From Eledone cirrhosa (lineage: Eukaryota), in NCBI GenBank assembly GCA_964016885.1, contig OZ024742.1:218364001-218428000 (forward strand): 64,000 nucleotides of DNA. The letters run 5' to 3'. The notes beneath the pieces were generated by a model. That model was not told where the DNA came from, made no database searches, and saw nothing but the letters and a program-made list of their open reading frames with translations. A program made the translations under genes and the position numbers. Positions 40,700 to 54,650 of the stretch are shown piece by piece. The stretch's first letter is position 1. Every line of letters starts with the position of its first letter.

Positions 40700-41870
40700 C
40701 AAATGTAACAGAGTAGTTGAAACAGGATTTGGGCGAAAATAACAAATATCAAAAGTTAGAAACAAAAAATGGATAAAAAACGGGTACACAATGAGTGGAT
40801 TGGAAATGTCTGTCAAACACAAATGATACCAGATGTACAGAGCGAAGAAAGGATAAGTAATAATAAAGCTGAATTGTTAAAGATATTTAGAGATGAAAGA
40901 AAAATCAATAAACAGGAAAATATATGTTACAAAGGTGATAGTAATCAAGCAATATAGTAACATTTCCAGTTGGAAAGACTGATGGCATTTTAGGATATTG
41001 GTTAAAGAGATTGAACTCACAATGTGAGAGAATATCTGTGGCACTGAATGTGATATTAAGCAATGAGAGTAAGTTGTTTGCATGGAGAACAAAGATATCA
41101 ATCAAAAGAAAATACTGTGAACAATTTTCGTCCAATATTGTATCTGACTTTGATGTAGAAACTTTTGAATGGAATTAGTACAGATATGTACCGATTTCTT
41201 GAAGCGAAAGACTATTGCCAAAGGAAAAATGTTGGGGAGTATTGTAGGAAGAACTGAGAAACTAAAGTTCAGCTCCTAATAGACAAGATGATATTGAAGT
41301 ATTGTAAGAAAAGACATACGGACATAGCAATGGCTTGGGTAGATTACATGAAAGCTATGATTCGTTTCTTCACTCATAGACGAATGAAGCTATTTGGAGT
41401 AGCAAACAATTCATTAAATGTAACATGAATCAAAGGAGAAACTGTCAGCTATATTATAAGGAGACACTGTTAATCACATTGTGCAGTAAACTAATACAAA
41501 AGGAATACAAAAGAAGACGTGATAACATAACCAGGATCGTAAACTGAAAGTTATGCGAGAAGCAGACTGAGATGAACAGATGGGTATCAACACCAGTCTG
41601 ACCTAGTGGTAGAATCAGAAGTGAAGCTACCTTGGTACCCCAGCACCCAAATGATCATGAAATACATGAACGACTTGATATTGTTATTGTTGAAAAAGAG
41701 AAAAGGCAATGTTGGGTGATTGGTACTGCACCAGTTGGGGCGTAACAGTATATGTGAGAAGGAAAAGGGAACGATTAAGCTGCACCAAAACGTGAAGACG
41801 ATGATTTACAAAATGGGCATGAAAAGGATGAATTCATACCAGTAGTAGATATCTTAAAGACAGTAATATG
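40700..41870 (+). mobile_element. Highly decayed R4-type LINE relic
   Basis: Nucleotide remnants of [26 protein letters not shown] and DIVIVEKEKRQCWVI, parallel to the 37575-39630 element. Confidence 0.55.
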
Positions 41871-42075
41871 AAAAATAAAAATAAAAGACAACTAAAATGT
41901 GGATTGCAAAATTTGGAATTTAGATCCGTACCAAATTTCTTAAGAATAATCCAATAATGCAATATTCGAATCATGCCGGATTCTAATGAAAGTTCTGACA
42001 GACTCATAATGATTTATCACGGCTCCTTATCTCAGTATAAGCTTCCGCATAAGACCAGCATGTGGAGACTCAATA

Positions 42076-42250
42076 ATAATTGTTTCTACTTTTGGCACAA
42101 GGCCAGCAATTATCCCAGTGCATTACTGGTACTTTATTTTATCGACCACGTAAGGATGAGAGGCAAAGTTAACCTCAGTTAAAACTCAGTTCATAAAGGG
42201 CCGTAACTCTTTGCTGCAAAGCATGGCGTCCGACCCTCTGCCGATACTAC
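42076..42250 (-). mobile_element. tRNA-derived SINE
   Basis: Family copy. Confidence 0.85.
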
Positions 42251-42737
42251 CAAATGATGCTAATAATAGTTTATTACATGTACATATGTATACATATAAA
42301 GAATGGACCACGACAGATTATATTTTATTTCTTTCATCATTTTTTTAATTCCCGTATTTTTCTAGCCAAAGCGGTAGACTTTTGAGGCTCCGGATTTTTA
42401 AGCAAATGGGTATGTACATACTATCTTTTCTTTTAAAAGTTGGAAGTGGACCCTACATATCTAAATATCCCATGGCTTGATGTAACTTCGCACTGGTACA
42501 CAATATTGTTACTCATGTATCTACTCGATAAGGGGAACTATCGGGTTTTCTACACTTCAATGTACCAGAGCATGCCGATTAAAATTTGCCTTTGTTCTGT
42601 CTTGCTATTGCCACTTGCTATTGCTATTATTGGTTTGGTGTGCTGCAGCGGGTTATTACTTCGAACTGAGGTTTGGTTACTGTTATTGTGTTTTCGGGAG
42701 GCGCTTATTATTTAGTCCTATTATTTTCTGAATTGTG

Positions 42738-42776
<39 letters not shown>

Positions 42777-42779
<3 letters not shown>

Positions 42780-42820
42780 TTAACATGAGATTCCAACATG
42801 TGCTGGTTATTACAGATAAC

Positions 42821-42910
<90 letters not shown>

Positions 42911-42954
42911 TATCTGTAATAACTGGCACATGTTGGAATCTCATGTGTTAACTT
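42777..42954. repeat. Inverted ~50 bp arms flanking a (TA)n tract
   Basis: AAGTTAACATGAGATTCCAACATGTGC..GATAACTAT (TA)n ATAGTTATC..GCACATGTTGGAATCTCATG.GTTAACTT. Confidence 0.85.
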
Positions 42955-43843
42955 GACGGTTTCTTCTCAGCAAAAGCAACAATAACACCATTGTGACCAC
43001 CACCACCACCACCACCACTCCCCCCCCCCCTTATCACTTCCATCACCACCACTATCACCACCACCACCACTACTGCCTCCACCACTACCACCCACACCGC
43101 CACCACCTCCACTACCACATAATAATAATTATTTTTACCGATTGTTTACATCAGCTCTTTGTTTTGCGAAATCCTTTGAATTGGTAATTTTATTTGCTTA
43201 TTAATATTTTTATAAATGTAGCACACTTTAGTTGAAGAAAATCAACAACAGCACCAAGAATAAGAGAACCAAGGTGAAAGTATAAATAAATAAATGAATA
43301 AATAAATAAATAAATAAATAAATAAATAGATATGTGAAAGGAAACGTTATCTACTTCAGACTTCTACCAAATGACTGACCTATTTCGCTAATAATAATTT
43401 CATAAGAATTTTCTTCCGCACATGAAATAGCTTTGACAAGAAATATAAAAATGTATACGTACGTGTACCCCCACCCCTCCACACATATATATAAATATAT
43501 ATACAATTATTATAATATATGTGTGTTTGTGTTTACTTATATATGTATGTATATATATACTGTATGTTTATTGTATATAAACGTATAGTATATGTTTATA
43601 CATGTTTTCAAATAGACCACTATTATGCTTCCGAGGTCAACTTTGCTTTTCATCCTTTCGAGGTCGATAAAGAAATGTACCAGTCTAGTACTGGGGTCAA
43701 TTCTTCCTCTCTCTGGAAGAAATCTGCTGTACTCAGGCCTGGAAAGGGATAGGCTCCACCAGGCTTAAAATGCCCAAGAAAGGCCATATGTCAATACAGA
43801 ACCCTTACGAACGACTCTATCAGGAATTACGGGACCATACATA

Positions 43844-43908
<65 letters not shown>

Positions 43909-43911
<3 letters not shown>

Positions 43912-44522
43912 TAATCTCCTGCTATATGGCGGTTCACTTTTCGCGGTCCTGCTACATCGTGGATTTTTCTTTGGAAAATATCTAATTTCCTATCGCGTAA
44001 TCCTCACTACTTTGCGGATTTTTCGTTAGAACATATCTATTTTCTTATCGTGGTACGTACGTTTGAATAAAAAGTGCTTAAATTTTGAACTTTTTAAATA
44101 AGTTTCGATGTGATTGAAGTGTATAGCGTAAGGCTTTCACTATAAGAAATGTTTTTATTTTTCATTCCATTACTGTTTTACTGATTGTGTTTTTCTCTAA
44201 TCTACTACAAACCTTTCTTAAATTGACGGCAGATATGCAGAGTATTACCAAGCGGTTAACGTGGCTGGTAATGATCGTCATTGGTAACTAGTGGTACGAT
44301 AGTTGGTGGTAGTTTCTATACGACTGTTACTGGCTGTTTTTGGTGTTTAAATACAAAAGTGTGTTTTAATGAGTTTGTATGTACTTAAAGCGTGTAGGAG
44401 AGGTATTTTAAGGCTTAAACTATGAAAACAACAAAGGTTGTCTTTATGGTCTCTCTATATCGCGGATTTTCATTTACCGTGGTTGGTTCTGGAACGTATC
44501 CCCTGCGATAAACGGAGGATTA

Positions 44523-44525
<3 letters not shown>
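43909..44525. mobile_element. Tc1/mariner-pogo (Tigger-like) MITE inserted in (TA)n
   Basis: Termini CAGTAATCTCC / GGAGGATTACTG, subterminal ATCGCGGATTTT motifs, TA context. Confidence 0.75.
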
Positions 44526-44590
<65 letters not shown>

Positions 44591-46092
44591 GTTTGACGGG
44601 ACTAGCAAGAGTTTCACTGCTAGTACCGGTTGCATCTCAGCGTACTCAATAGGTAATGTTATGTAAAATCCCAGAGTAGACACAGAGTTATTTAACTCAA
44701 TGCAACACACGTAAATGGGTACTGCAAACTCTACCCGTACTCGAGTTTCAGCCACACTTAATGCAGCAATAGACTGTATAGCATCCATTGTCTGCATTTA
44801 TTATGCAACAAAGCACTATCGGCGCATGTGGCTTCATCACTAGGTTTCGCCTAATTAATAACCAATCGATCGACAGAATTCGATTCCAGTACGTGTCGGC
44901 TATAACAGTGAATGTGACAGGTAACGCAGTAGCCTACTAGCAACTGAAATCCCTACGCGTCATCACAATGCCGTCAACCAATTGGCTATTCGATCAGAAA
45001 TTTACGTGACGATAGGAGACGAAATTCAAATAGTTCCGCTCCCGCCATAAGCACTCTCCAACGTATCTCAACAAGAGAGTGAAAAAATCGGTTATTATAG
45101 AAAATCATTCTCCAATCGCTGTACAATAGAATGGTAGCATTCGGCTTCAGTCTCTAAGTACGATAGCGAAAAATAGTGCAACAGTAACAATGGTAGTGCC
45201 TAAAACCTTTCCGAACATTCAGGTGATTAGACAGAGATATAAAATTAGCGCGGTGGTTAGAATTCTAGATATTTCGACCAACCACGTGCGTAAACCGGTC
45301 AATTTCACAACTTGCACGATTCAATAGGTGAGTTAGAGAGAAAGATAAAACATGTATCAGAGCGTATATTAAACAAAACACAATAAAAAATGTGGAAAAT
45401 TGTTCAACTTACTTTCATTGTTAATCTGCTAGTTGGGAGAAAATAATAAGTACACCATTGTGGGTTTCATCTGGGCTTTGTTGGGAGGAAATCCTGGGAG
45501 GAAATCCTGCAAAGGTCATTGACCATTGACACTAACCCCTCCTCCGAGGACTTCATGAATAAAATAAAAAAGAAAAGCAAAACAAAACAAAACAAAGCAA
45601 ACTGACAGATCTCTTACGTTGCGTTTATTTTCATCATCTTAATCCAATTTAGATAATAAAGTTTGCTGCATCATTTCCATACTCTTATCGGATGTTCATG
45701 CCTCGGTGTGTATACATATTTGTTCTGCTTGTGTATATAATGTTGTTGTTTGTGCTTGGGTGTGTGTATGACTGTATACTGTTGCTGTCGTTGTTTGTTT
45801 GTTGTTATTCTTTTCTGTTGTTTTAAACTTCTTTATTTACATCAAAGAATCTGTAGAGCTACAGGAGCGTTCAGCTGATGTTGTATGTTTGGCAGCTGGT
45901 CTGAGCCACACACACACTGTAGAATAACCCCCAAACCATGTGTGAGAGGTGGAAAGGGATATGATCTTTTGGTCTTTTTCCAGAAAATAGCTTGGAATTT
46001 GACTTAAGCAGATACGCACGCGTACACACGTACATGCATATATATACATATATATGTGTGTATATATATGTATATATATATGTGCGTGTTTG

Positions 46093-46132
<40 letters not shown>

Positions 46133-46271
46133 TACATAAGTATATATAATATATACTTTGGAAGGGTCATGCTGTGAATAAAAACACACGCACCTGCTGA
46201 TTTTCACTTCAATTTATTATAAATTTCCGATTGATTGGTTGGTTCGATAATCGGGTGGTCGTTTATATATT

Positions 46272-46314
46272 GTCAAAGCTCTTTCGTTACACATTCTGTG
46301 ACCTCCTCAGTGAC
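46272..46314 (-). ncRNA. Type I hammerhead ribozyme
   Basis: gtca-CTGAGGA-g-GTCACA-gaatg-TGTAAC-GAAAG-ag-CTT-tgac. Confidence 0.75.
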
Positions 46315-46391
46315 TATGTTTTTATTTTGTGTCTCTTCTTTGTTCTGTCCTATACCATCTTGCAGGTGGAGAGACACACAATAAAAACCTA

Positions 46392-46434
46392 GTCACTGAG
46401 GAGGTCACAGAATGTGTGACGAAAGAGCGTTGAC
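46392..46434 (+). ncRNA. Type I hammerhead ribozyme (cleavage triplet mutated)
   Basis: gtca-CTGAGGA-g-GTCACA-gaatg-TGTGAC-GAAAG-ag-CGT-tgac. Confidence 0.7.
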
Positions 46435-46620
46435 AATATATAAACAACCATCCGGTTATCGAAGCAACCAACCAACCGGAAATTTATAATAAATTTAAGT
46501 GAAACCCAACAGGTGCGTGTGTTTTTATTGACAGCATGACCCTCCCAAAGTATAACAATATCTGTTTCAACACACGTTCTCAGATAAGAAATCTTGCAAA
46601 ACAAATTCAAAAACAAAGTA

Positions 46621-46673
<53 letters not shown>

Positions 46674-46761
46674 TCCCCATATATATGCTTAACAAACAAG
46701 CACACCCATACACACATATATAATTATGTACAATTATATACAATTCTGTGTCCGTTTGTGC

Positions 46762-46814
<53 letters not shown>

Positions 46815-46941
46815 GTATAGAAATTTCGTATTTCGAAAGCAATACGGTTTTAGGAAGCCGTAGCTATGCAAACACTGGTGGGGGGGGGGGGGGGGGGGCT
46901 AACGCCCTCTGGTGATGTCCAGCAGAAGCAAGGAGGACAAC

Positions 46942-46981
46942 CGTCTATGCATTTCAGGCTTAACTGGCCATCGTCAGGACG
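46942..46981 (-). ncRNA. Minimal type I hammerhead ribozyme
   Basis: cgtc-CTGACGA-t-GGC-cagttaa-GCC-t-GAAAT-gc-ATA-gacg; palindromic ATGCAT stem III. Confidence 0.85.
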
Positions 46982-47091
46982 ATCCCTCCCACCGCTTGCT
47001 ACTGCCGGAGCCAAGAATATGTAGTTTTCTCGTCTGTGTAAATGAGGTGATTAATCTCATTTGCATATGAAGCTGCATAAGTTGGCTCAAC

Positions 47092-47173
<82 letters not shown>

Positions 47174-47177
<4 letters not shown>

Positions 47178-47230
47178 CTGATGAAAGCACACCATAATTT
47201 AACTTGGTTTCCTTGAAATATATATAATGA
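47174..47230 (+). ncRNA. Type I hammerhead ribozyme with extended stem II
   Basis: ttat-CTGATGA-AAG..ACCA..TGGT..CTT-GAAAT-atat-ATA-atga, directly after (TA)n. Confidence 0.7.
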
Positions 47231-47387
47231 AATAAATATGGTTTTATAAATATAGTTTCCATTTGTTAATATATCATATTTTTACTCCAATTATTTGTTG
47301 AGTGCTTTATATCAGTTATAAAAAATGTGCTTGTTGTATCCCAACAATTTAAATAGAACTTCTACATATATATATATATATATATAT

Positions 47388-47590
47388 AGGAACGAGTAGG
47401 ACCCCGACGGCTGAGCTCAAGCCGTTTCGACGGTTAATTCTGGACTAGAATTAGTCCAGAATTAGCCGTCGAAACGGCTTTAGCTCAGCCGTCGGGGGTC
47501 CTACTCGTTCCTATTACCCACTCTACTACCCTAAGTATTGAGTACTTTGGTGCGTTATGGTCCACCTGGTTCCTTACCACATTTCCTTCG

Positions 47591-47592
<2 letters not shown>
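47388..47592. mobile_element. Fold-back PLE-terminus-like fragment
   Basis: Same family and hairpin layout as 15951-16136, bounded by (TA)n. Confidence 0.8.
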
Positions 47593-47645
<53 letters not shown>

Positions 47646-48086
47646 TATATGTATGTATATATATATATATATATATATACATATATATATGTATATATAT
47701 ATATATATTAGAAAGATCGAGTATCGAAAAATCGGCGCACGAGTTCACGATAAACGAAATTCGATATGAGCGGCAGAGGGCTCAATAATTCAGATGAATC
47801 AGAGCTATAACTATCGTTAAAATACCGTCACATATAGAACAAGTCTACAATCAACCATACGATTTAAAATCGATAAAGGAAGATTCGGGCCAAACAGATA
47901 AAAAATATCAATAAAACAATACGTCAATAATTTAAATGAATGTAAAATCATACCCGGACCCACTAGAAAGGTGTTAAATCTAGCTTCATGGGTTTCTGTA
48001 AATCCTTAGACTGTACTCTATATATATATATATGTGAGAAATATATATATATGTGAGAAAAACCACAGACCCTCCATCTCAACTCA

Positions 48087-48124
48087 CCCTTTGAAAAGCA
48101 GAAGAACTGCGAAACCGGTAAAGG
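48087..48124 (+). ncRNA. Hammerhead ribozyme, U3-A8 variant
   Basis: ccct-TTGAAAA-GCAG-aagaa-CTGC-GAAAC-cg-GTA-aagg. Confidence 0.7.
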
Positions 48125-48257
48125 AACCAAATAAATATATATATTTTTAAAAAAAATAAGACTTCAGTTGCATTTTCGATTTCATCTCTTTTTCTTTATA
48201 CTTTCACTCGTGTAGGACACCTCGGTTATTTTTCATTTTGTAAAAAAAAAACCTCAC

Positions 48258-48393
<136 letters not shown>

Positions 48394-49539
48394 AGAAGTT
48401 CTATTTACATACATTGTATAAGTATGTAAGATGCAGATACAACAGCCATACGAGAGCTATTAATAAAAGCAATATTAAACGGCTTTGCAACAGTTTTTAT
48501 AATAGATTCTACTTTATTGTTTAGTATTGTTTTAGTATTGTTTTAGTATTGTTTTAGTATTGTTATATTTCAACTGAAAGATGGTTATATCATTCTCCCT
48601 CTTATATTGTTCTATCTTACAGATGGTTATAGCTGTTCCTGCTATATTGCTCCATCTGGCTGTGATATTACACCATTAACATATCACACCACACTATATA
48701 TCTAATTTAAATACACATTTCATAGACTCAGGGGCACAGACATACATATAGTCATAGACACACATACACACACACACCCATACACACAAATACACACATA
48801 GGCACACACACACACACACACATACACACACACAGAGGCACACGTACATTGGCATAGACACAATATTACATACACATATACATAGATACAGACGTACGCA
48901 CAAACATACCCACAAGTTAACCCTACATCACATATCACATTTATATTGTTTCCAGCAAACAGGATGGTAGATTTCGCACGAACCGTAGAGCAACCAATCA
49001 AATTCCTTACATACTGAGTTCAAACCTTCGTGGCAGCTGGTTTTCTTTTAATCATTCCAAGCAGCTTTTAATCCTCCTAAGTTCACAAAAGAAATTAATC
49101 CCTTTGTTACCATATTTCTAATGAAAACATTGCCTTTATGCTTTAATTAATTTTTTAAATAATCAATAATTTGGAAAAATTTACTGAAATAATTGACTTC
49201 TTCGTTATAAACTTAACAAAAAGATGTTACATAAAATTGTGATGAAACGTTTTAATATTCGGAAACTTTTTAATTCGGAGCTATTTAAAGGTATCAAAAG
49301 GTTTATGTATACGCAAAATGTTATTTTCGTAAAATAATGTATTGTCAGAGGAAAAAACGTGCCTAATGCAAGATTTGTGTACACACTGACTACTGGACAT
49401 TGTTCGCTGCTATCCATTATTGAATTCCTCTTGTGTATTTAGAGGATTTGAGAAATAATACAACGTGTGAGCTTGAGGTTGCGTAATAAGCTGGGAAGTT
49501 TTGATATAAACGCGATTGTTTCTTATTTACGCACATGGC

Positions 49540-49731
49540 AAGCAATTTGGAGGGAGAGGAAAGCATATGAAATCGATCCAGTATTTGACTGGTAATTTAT
49601 TTAATTGACCTCGGAAGGATGAAAGGAAAAGTTAACTTCGGCGGGAATTGAACTTAGAGCGTAAAGGGCCGTAACTTTATACCGTAAACCATTTCATCCA
49701 ACGCTCTATCGATACTGTCAATCCACCGCCC
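49540..49731 (-). mobile_element. Diverged tRNA-derived SINE
   Basis: GAAGGATGAAAGG.AAAGTTAAC.TCGGCGGGA...AATCCACCGCCC. Confidence 0.8.
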
Positions 49732-50095
49732 TTATAGACGCGAAATAATGCTATTCCACTTCACCTACACCACTCGGGTCTGGTAAATTTCAATTTCTTT
49801 CTTGTCGAAAATTGAGAACTTTTCTATTTAACCGTGAAAGTTTTTTACAATAATGAATTATTTCATTGATGCAATTCCCAAATATTAATATTGAGAGAAA
49901 ACCGTTAGCTAAACCCACCTGAGTATATTACTGGTACTAATAAGACGCACTGTTGGAAATAACACCATTGAAAAATGTAGTTCTTGATATACAAAATGAC
50001 GGAATGTTTACGCTTGAAACGACTTCGTCCATAGCTCAGCTTAGTTAAGGAGGACTTAAGATTAAATAACATCAACTGCTATTATTATTTTGAGG

Positions 50096-50283
50096 GGCGG
50101 TGGATTGGCAGTATCGGTAGAGGGTCGGACGTCATGCTTTCCAGCATAGTTACGTCCCTTTACGATCTGAGTTCAAATCCCGCCGAGGTTGACTTTGCCT
50201 TTCATCCTTACGGGGTCGATAAAATAAAGTACCAGTAATGCACTGGGTGATTGCTGGCCTTGTGCATAAAGTAGAAACAATTA
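50096..50283 (+). mobile_element. Full-length tRNA-derived SINE
   Basis: A box, B box GAGTTCAAATCC, Meta-like core, GTAGAAACAATTAT tail. Confidence 0.92.
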
Positions 50284-51861
50284 TCATTTTGATATCAGGG
50301 GAATAAAAGGCAAAGTCGACATCGGTAATATTTTTGTCTAAACTCAGAAGAGAGGCGTAACTACATATTATATTGTACTTAGTCCGGCACCGTAATGCTT
50401 CTGAAACATCGGTGCCTTAAACGATTCTTAGAATAAGGCCAACAGTTCATACCCTGCCATTAACACTCTCCAAGATGTTTCAACTTGCTATGGCTCGATT
50501 CACCTATTTTAAGTATCGACTATTATTGCTAAAAGCCCTCATGCAACTTTTAATTAATTTTGATTAATTTAAATTCCAGAATTGTCTTCTCTGCCTACTT
50601 TGACCAAAATTATTGATCAAGATAATGTTCTTTTCCATTTAACTACAGACGTAATTTTAATTAAATAACAAAGTTCTCTAAATGACATTTAGTATATTAG
50701 CGCCTACTTAAATATGAGTTAAATGTGATGCTCTATTTAGTTAACAAATATTTTTTTACCTTACAATAGTAAATTTTATCTTTTCCCTTTTCAAATCTTA
50801 CTCTTTACATTTTCTATTGCATAAAGAATTTCTTATTCATTCTAGTAGCAATAAATACCTCAGAGTAGAAGACGATATCCACCTCGTGGTGAAAACCCGA
50901 GCATGATGAGTTTACCAGTGAATGCGTAGTTTCTTGTTACACACACACCATTCATTACAACTGATTCCTCCCAATAAGATGATGGAGTCCCAACACACTT
51001 TTCTTGATCTAGAAATAACAACCAAATATCCATGAAATCACAGTCTATCGTCTTAAACAAAAACAGAACACATTAGTTAGTGTAGTCTTAGATATTATCA
51101 AAACATAGCACACCTTTGATATCTCCTTGGTCAGGTTTGACCTGTAGCTAAGGAAAAAAAAAACTAATAAGAACCAAAATTCTGATTGAATGACAAGATA
51201 CGCTGAGGTGATTTTTGGGGGGCCGAGGTGATTGCAATGAGGCTGCCCATTCCAAAATAATCTAGTAGCTATTACTGACAGCTGATTGAACTGGGGGCAA
51301 TGGCGAATAAAGATTTCTCCGCAAAGAACCCCAACAGATTTGAATATCTGACCTACCTCTTGTCATACTTCATCCCATTCCATCATTTACGATTATTTAC
51401 GATCAAATCAGTAAGAGATGAACTCACTACTTTAAACTGATAAACATTTGTTCAATAGTTAAGGCCATTTATGCTCTGAGTTCCAATCTCGACGAGGTCA
51501 ATGTTGCCTTTTATGCTTCCGGGATCGATAAAATAAAGTATCAGTCAATCAATGGGATCGGTACAGTTGTCTGTTCTCTCCTAAATTTGAGGCCATGTGT
51601 TAGCGATCAATATTACAGGGCGGGAGGTAAAGGCCCATTATATTTTAGGTTTAAATCTTGCTGAAGCCAGGTTAACTTTTTCTCCTACCTGGCATGTAGC
51701 TAAAGTTCGATTCGATCTATAATCAATACATGACTTGATGAATGATAAAATCCGTTTAGTCAACCTCAGTAACTTGAATAGTACTTATATTATAGATCCC
51801 CGGAAGGATGAAAGATAAAGTTGGATGAATACTCTGCCATTTATCATTTTTAACACTAATA

Positions 51862-52242
51862 CCGTGTTTCTCCTATTATAAGACAGGTTATAATATTACC
51901 CCCCCCCCCCCACACACACACAGAAAGGCACAAAGGCTAATTTTTGGAGGAGGGCTTATCTTTTTACACAAAAAATAACAACACAAAGGTCTTAATAAAA
52001 GTATCATTATACTGATGTCAAAAATAATAAAAAATAAATAACGGATACATATAGAGTTTAAAATATATCATTAAAAGAATTTATTATATTAGTCTGGAAG
52101 TCTGGCTTGTATATGTTTTATAGTAATTTTTCTCGCGAAAATGTGCTACAGCATATTTTCAGGAGTAGGGTTTATATTGGACAACAAGACAAAAATCATG
52201 GGAGGGCTTATTTTGGGAGGTCTTATAATAGGGAGAACACGG
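51862..52242. mobile_element. Tc1/mariner-type MITE
   Basis: TIRs CCGTGTTTCTCCTATTATAAGAC / GTCTTATAATAGGGAGAACACGG, TA on both sides. Confidence 0.85.
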
Positions 52243-52434
52243 TATTATTAATAGGATTAAAAAGTGCAGCATATAGTTACTTCACTTTACGTTTTCAGTG
52301 CAAATCCCACCAAAGTTAGCTTTGCCTTTCATTCTTATGGGACCGATAAAATAAAGCTCCAATAACGCACTGGGGTCGAGTTAATCGTCTCCCCTGATCC
52401 CCCCTAAATCAGAAACCATTATTAATAGGATTAA

Positions 52435-52558
52435 TACGATCTGAGTTCAAATCCCGCTAAGGTTAACTTTGCCTTTCATCCTTACGAGGTCGATAAAATA
52501 AACTACCAGTAATGTACTGGGTAATTGCTGGCCTTGTGACAAAAGTAAAAACAATTAT
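52435..52558 (+). mobile_element. 5'-truncated SINE
   Basis: B box to tail, flanked by ATTATTAATAGGATTAA repeats. Confidence 0.8.
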
Positions 52559-52688
52559 TAATAGGATTAAATTGCAAAAATAGAAACAAAACAGCACGGT
52601 TATGGTTGTTTTGGTTTTTGTTGTTGTATAGCCCAAGGTAACTCCTGTTCTAGATATATCACGTCTTCCCCTAACTAAAGACCATACT

Positions 52689-52976
52689 CAGGGCTAGATT
52701 TTCACCTGCTGGGGCCCTAAGCTGTATGAAATGTGAGGTCCTTCTCTAAAACAATTTGAGTAAAAAAATGTTTAATAATTATACATGATTATTCTTTTTT
52801 TAAATTAATGTTAATGATAAAGAATAAATAAATAATATACATATATAATTTTTGATGATTTAGTGTTAGATAATAAACCTAAACTAAAATAAAAATATGT
52901 TATAAAAGAATTAGACCCCCGAGGACATGTTGCCTTAACCTATAACTTATTTAACTTATAGGTAAGTCCAGCACTG
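52689..52976. mobile_element. hAT (Tip100-like) MITE
   Basis: Termini CAGGGCTAGATT / AGTCCAGCACTG, GGGGCCC subterminal motif, 8-bp TSD ACCATACT/ACCTTACT. Confidence 0.75.
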
Positions 52977-53071
52977 ACCTTACTGCATATTCTGACAAAC
53001 AGTGGTTAATCGTGTGGAGTACAGTGTGATAGTCTGCATATCTTATGCTCTCTCTACTGCCAATCCAATAT

Positions 53072-53173
53072 TAATTGTTTCTACTTTAGGCATAAGGCCA
53101 GCAATTACCCAGTGCATTACTGGTACTTTATTTTATCGACCCCGTAAGGATGAAAGGCAAAGTCAACCTCGGC
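53072..53173 (-). mobile_element. Partial SINE
   Basis: 3' half of the family. Confidence 0.8.
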
Positions 53174-53184
53174 CAGGATGACAG

Positions 53185-53464
53185 AATGTATAGAACTGAC
53201 TGTTCTGTTGGTGATGGCATGTGTTGCTATTTGTAATATTGTGAGATAAGTTGCAATGTATAGAACTGACTGTTCTGTTGGTGATGGCATGTGTTGCTAT
53301 TTGTAATATTGTGAGATAAGTTGCAATGTATAGAACTGACTGTTCTGTTGGTGATGGCATGTGTTCCTATTTGTAATATTGTGAGATAAGTTGCAATGTA
53401 TAGAACTGACTGTTCTGTTGGTGATGGCATGTGTTGCTATTTGTAATATTGTGAGATAAGTTGC
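53185..53464. repeat. Tandem repeat, 4 x 70 bp
   Basis: AATGTATAGAACTGACTGTTCTGTTGGTGATGGCATGTGTTGCTATTTGTAATATTGTGAGATAAGTTGC at 53185, 53255, 53325 and 53395. Confidence 0.95.
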
Positions 53465-54008
53465 TTGTTGTTATATGGAATTTTGTTAGATGACTTATTT
53501 CTAATGGGAAGATATTTTACTTACTTAAGTCCCGCAAATCCTGATAGAGTTGTAGGGGCGCTGTGTGTCAATACGGCGTTTCTAGGGCGTTTTTAAGTCT
53601 GGCGGGACAAAATCCTCACAGGTCTGAATACAACAGATTTCTTCCAGAGAAGAATAGAGGGTGAAAGAATGGAAGTGAGAAAGAGATATAGAATCGACAC
53701 CAATATTCGACTGGTATGTTTTCTTATCGATCTCGAATAGATGAAAGGCAGGATCTGAATCCAGAGAGCAGAGAGACATGACGAATACTGCAGGGCATTC
53801 TGTCCGACGTTCTAACGACTCTGCCAATTCGCCGTCTGGGGAGATAGTTACAAAGTATCTGATCTGTCGTTTGATTACCAAAATATATAATACTTAATAC
53901 AAAAGAAATATGAACGTTGTCTCAACAACACATGTAGTGAAACACACACGCACACACACATACACCCACACACACGCACGCGCACACACACACACACATA
54001 TATATATG

Positions 54009-54077
<69 letters not shown>

Positions 54078-54221
54078 GGAAAGATTCAGAACCCCGACGG
54101 CTGAGCTCCGGCCGTTTCGACAGCTAGATCTGAATCTTTTCAATATTACCCATTCTACTACCTCAAGTATCGAGTACTCTGGTGCGTTATGGTTCACTCG
54201 GTTTCTTACCACACCCTCTTT

Positions 54222-54314
<93 letters not shown>

Positions 54315-54438
54315 TATCCAAAATTAAGATAAAATAAGTTAAATGAATTTAATCTAAATCGAAATTGTGGGTGTCATGCCATAATGGCACGCGCCATATC
54401 ACCTGGGAATTAAGCTCTAAGATAAATCTGAGCATTTT

Positions 54439-54650
54439 ATAATAACTAGAAAATTATTAACATATAAATATACATGAATAATCGCAGGAGATAATTTTTG
54501 CTCGCGTGTAACCACGCATAGCTAGTTTGGGTAATAATTAATCATACTTAAAGGTAATTATTACCCAAACTAGCTATACGTGGTTACACGCGGGCAAAAA
54601 TTATCTCCTGTGATTATTCATGTATATTTATATGTTAATCAATTTCTAGT

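Larger units (their letters stand above)
46152..46620. mobile_element. Head-to-head PLE terminal fragments (~185 bp arms), each with an HHR
   Basis: Arms ~46152-46336 and ~46371-46553; the right arm continues into ATGACCCTCCCAAAGTATAAC and ends at (TA)n. Confidence 0.85.

Noticed and set aside
45414-45510. Minus-strand coding exon with GTAAGT donor
   Set aside because: All three frames hit a stop before the donor; at most a non-coding exon.
50096-50190. tRNA gene
   Set aside because: A and B boxes belong to the multi-copy SINE head; no cloverleaf.
53185-53464. CRISPR-like array
   Set aside because: Units are contiguous with no unique spacers, and the context is eukaryotic with no cas genes.
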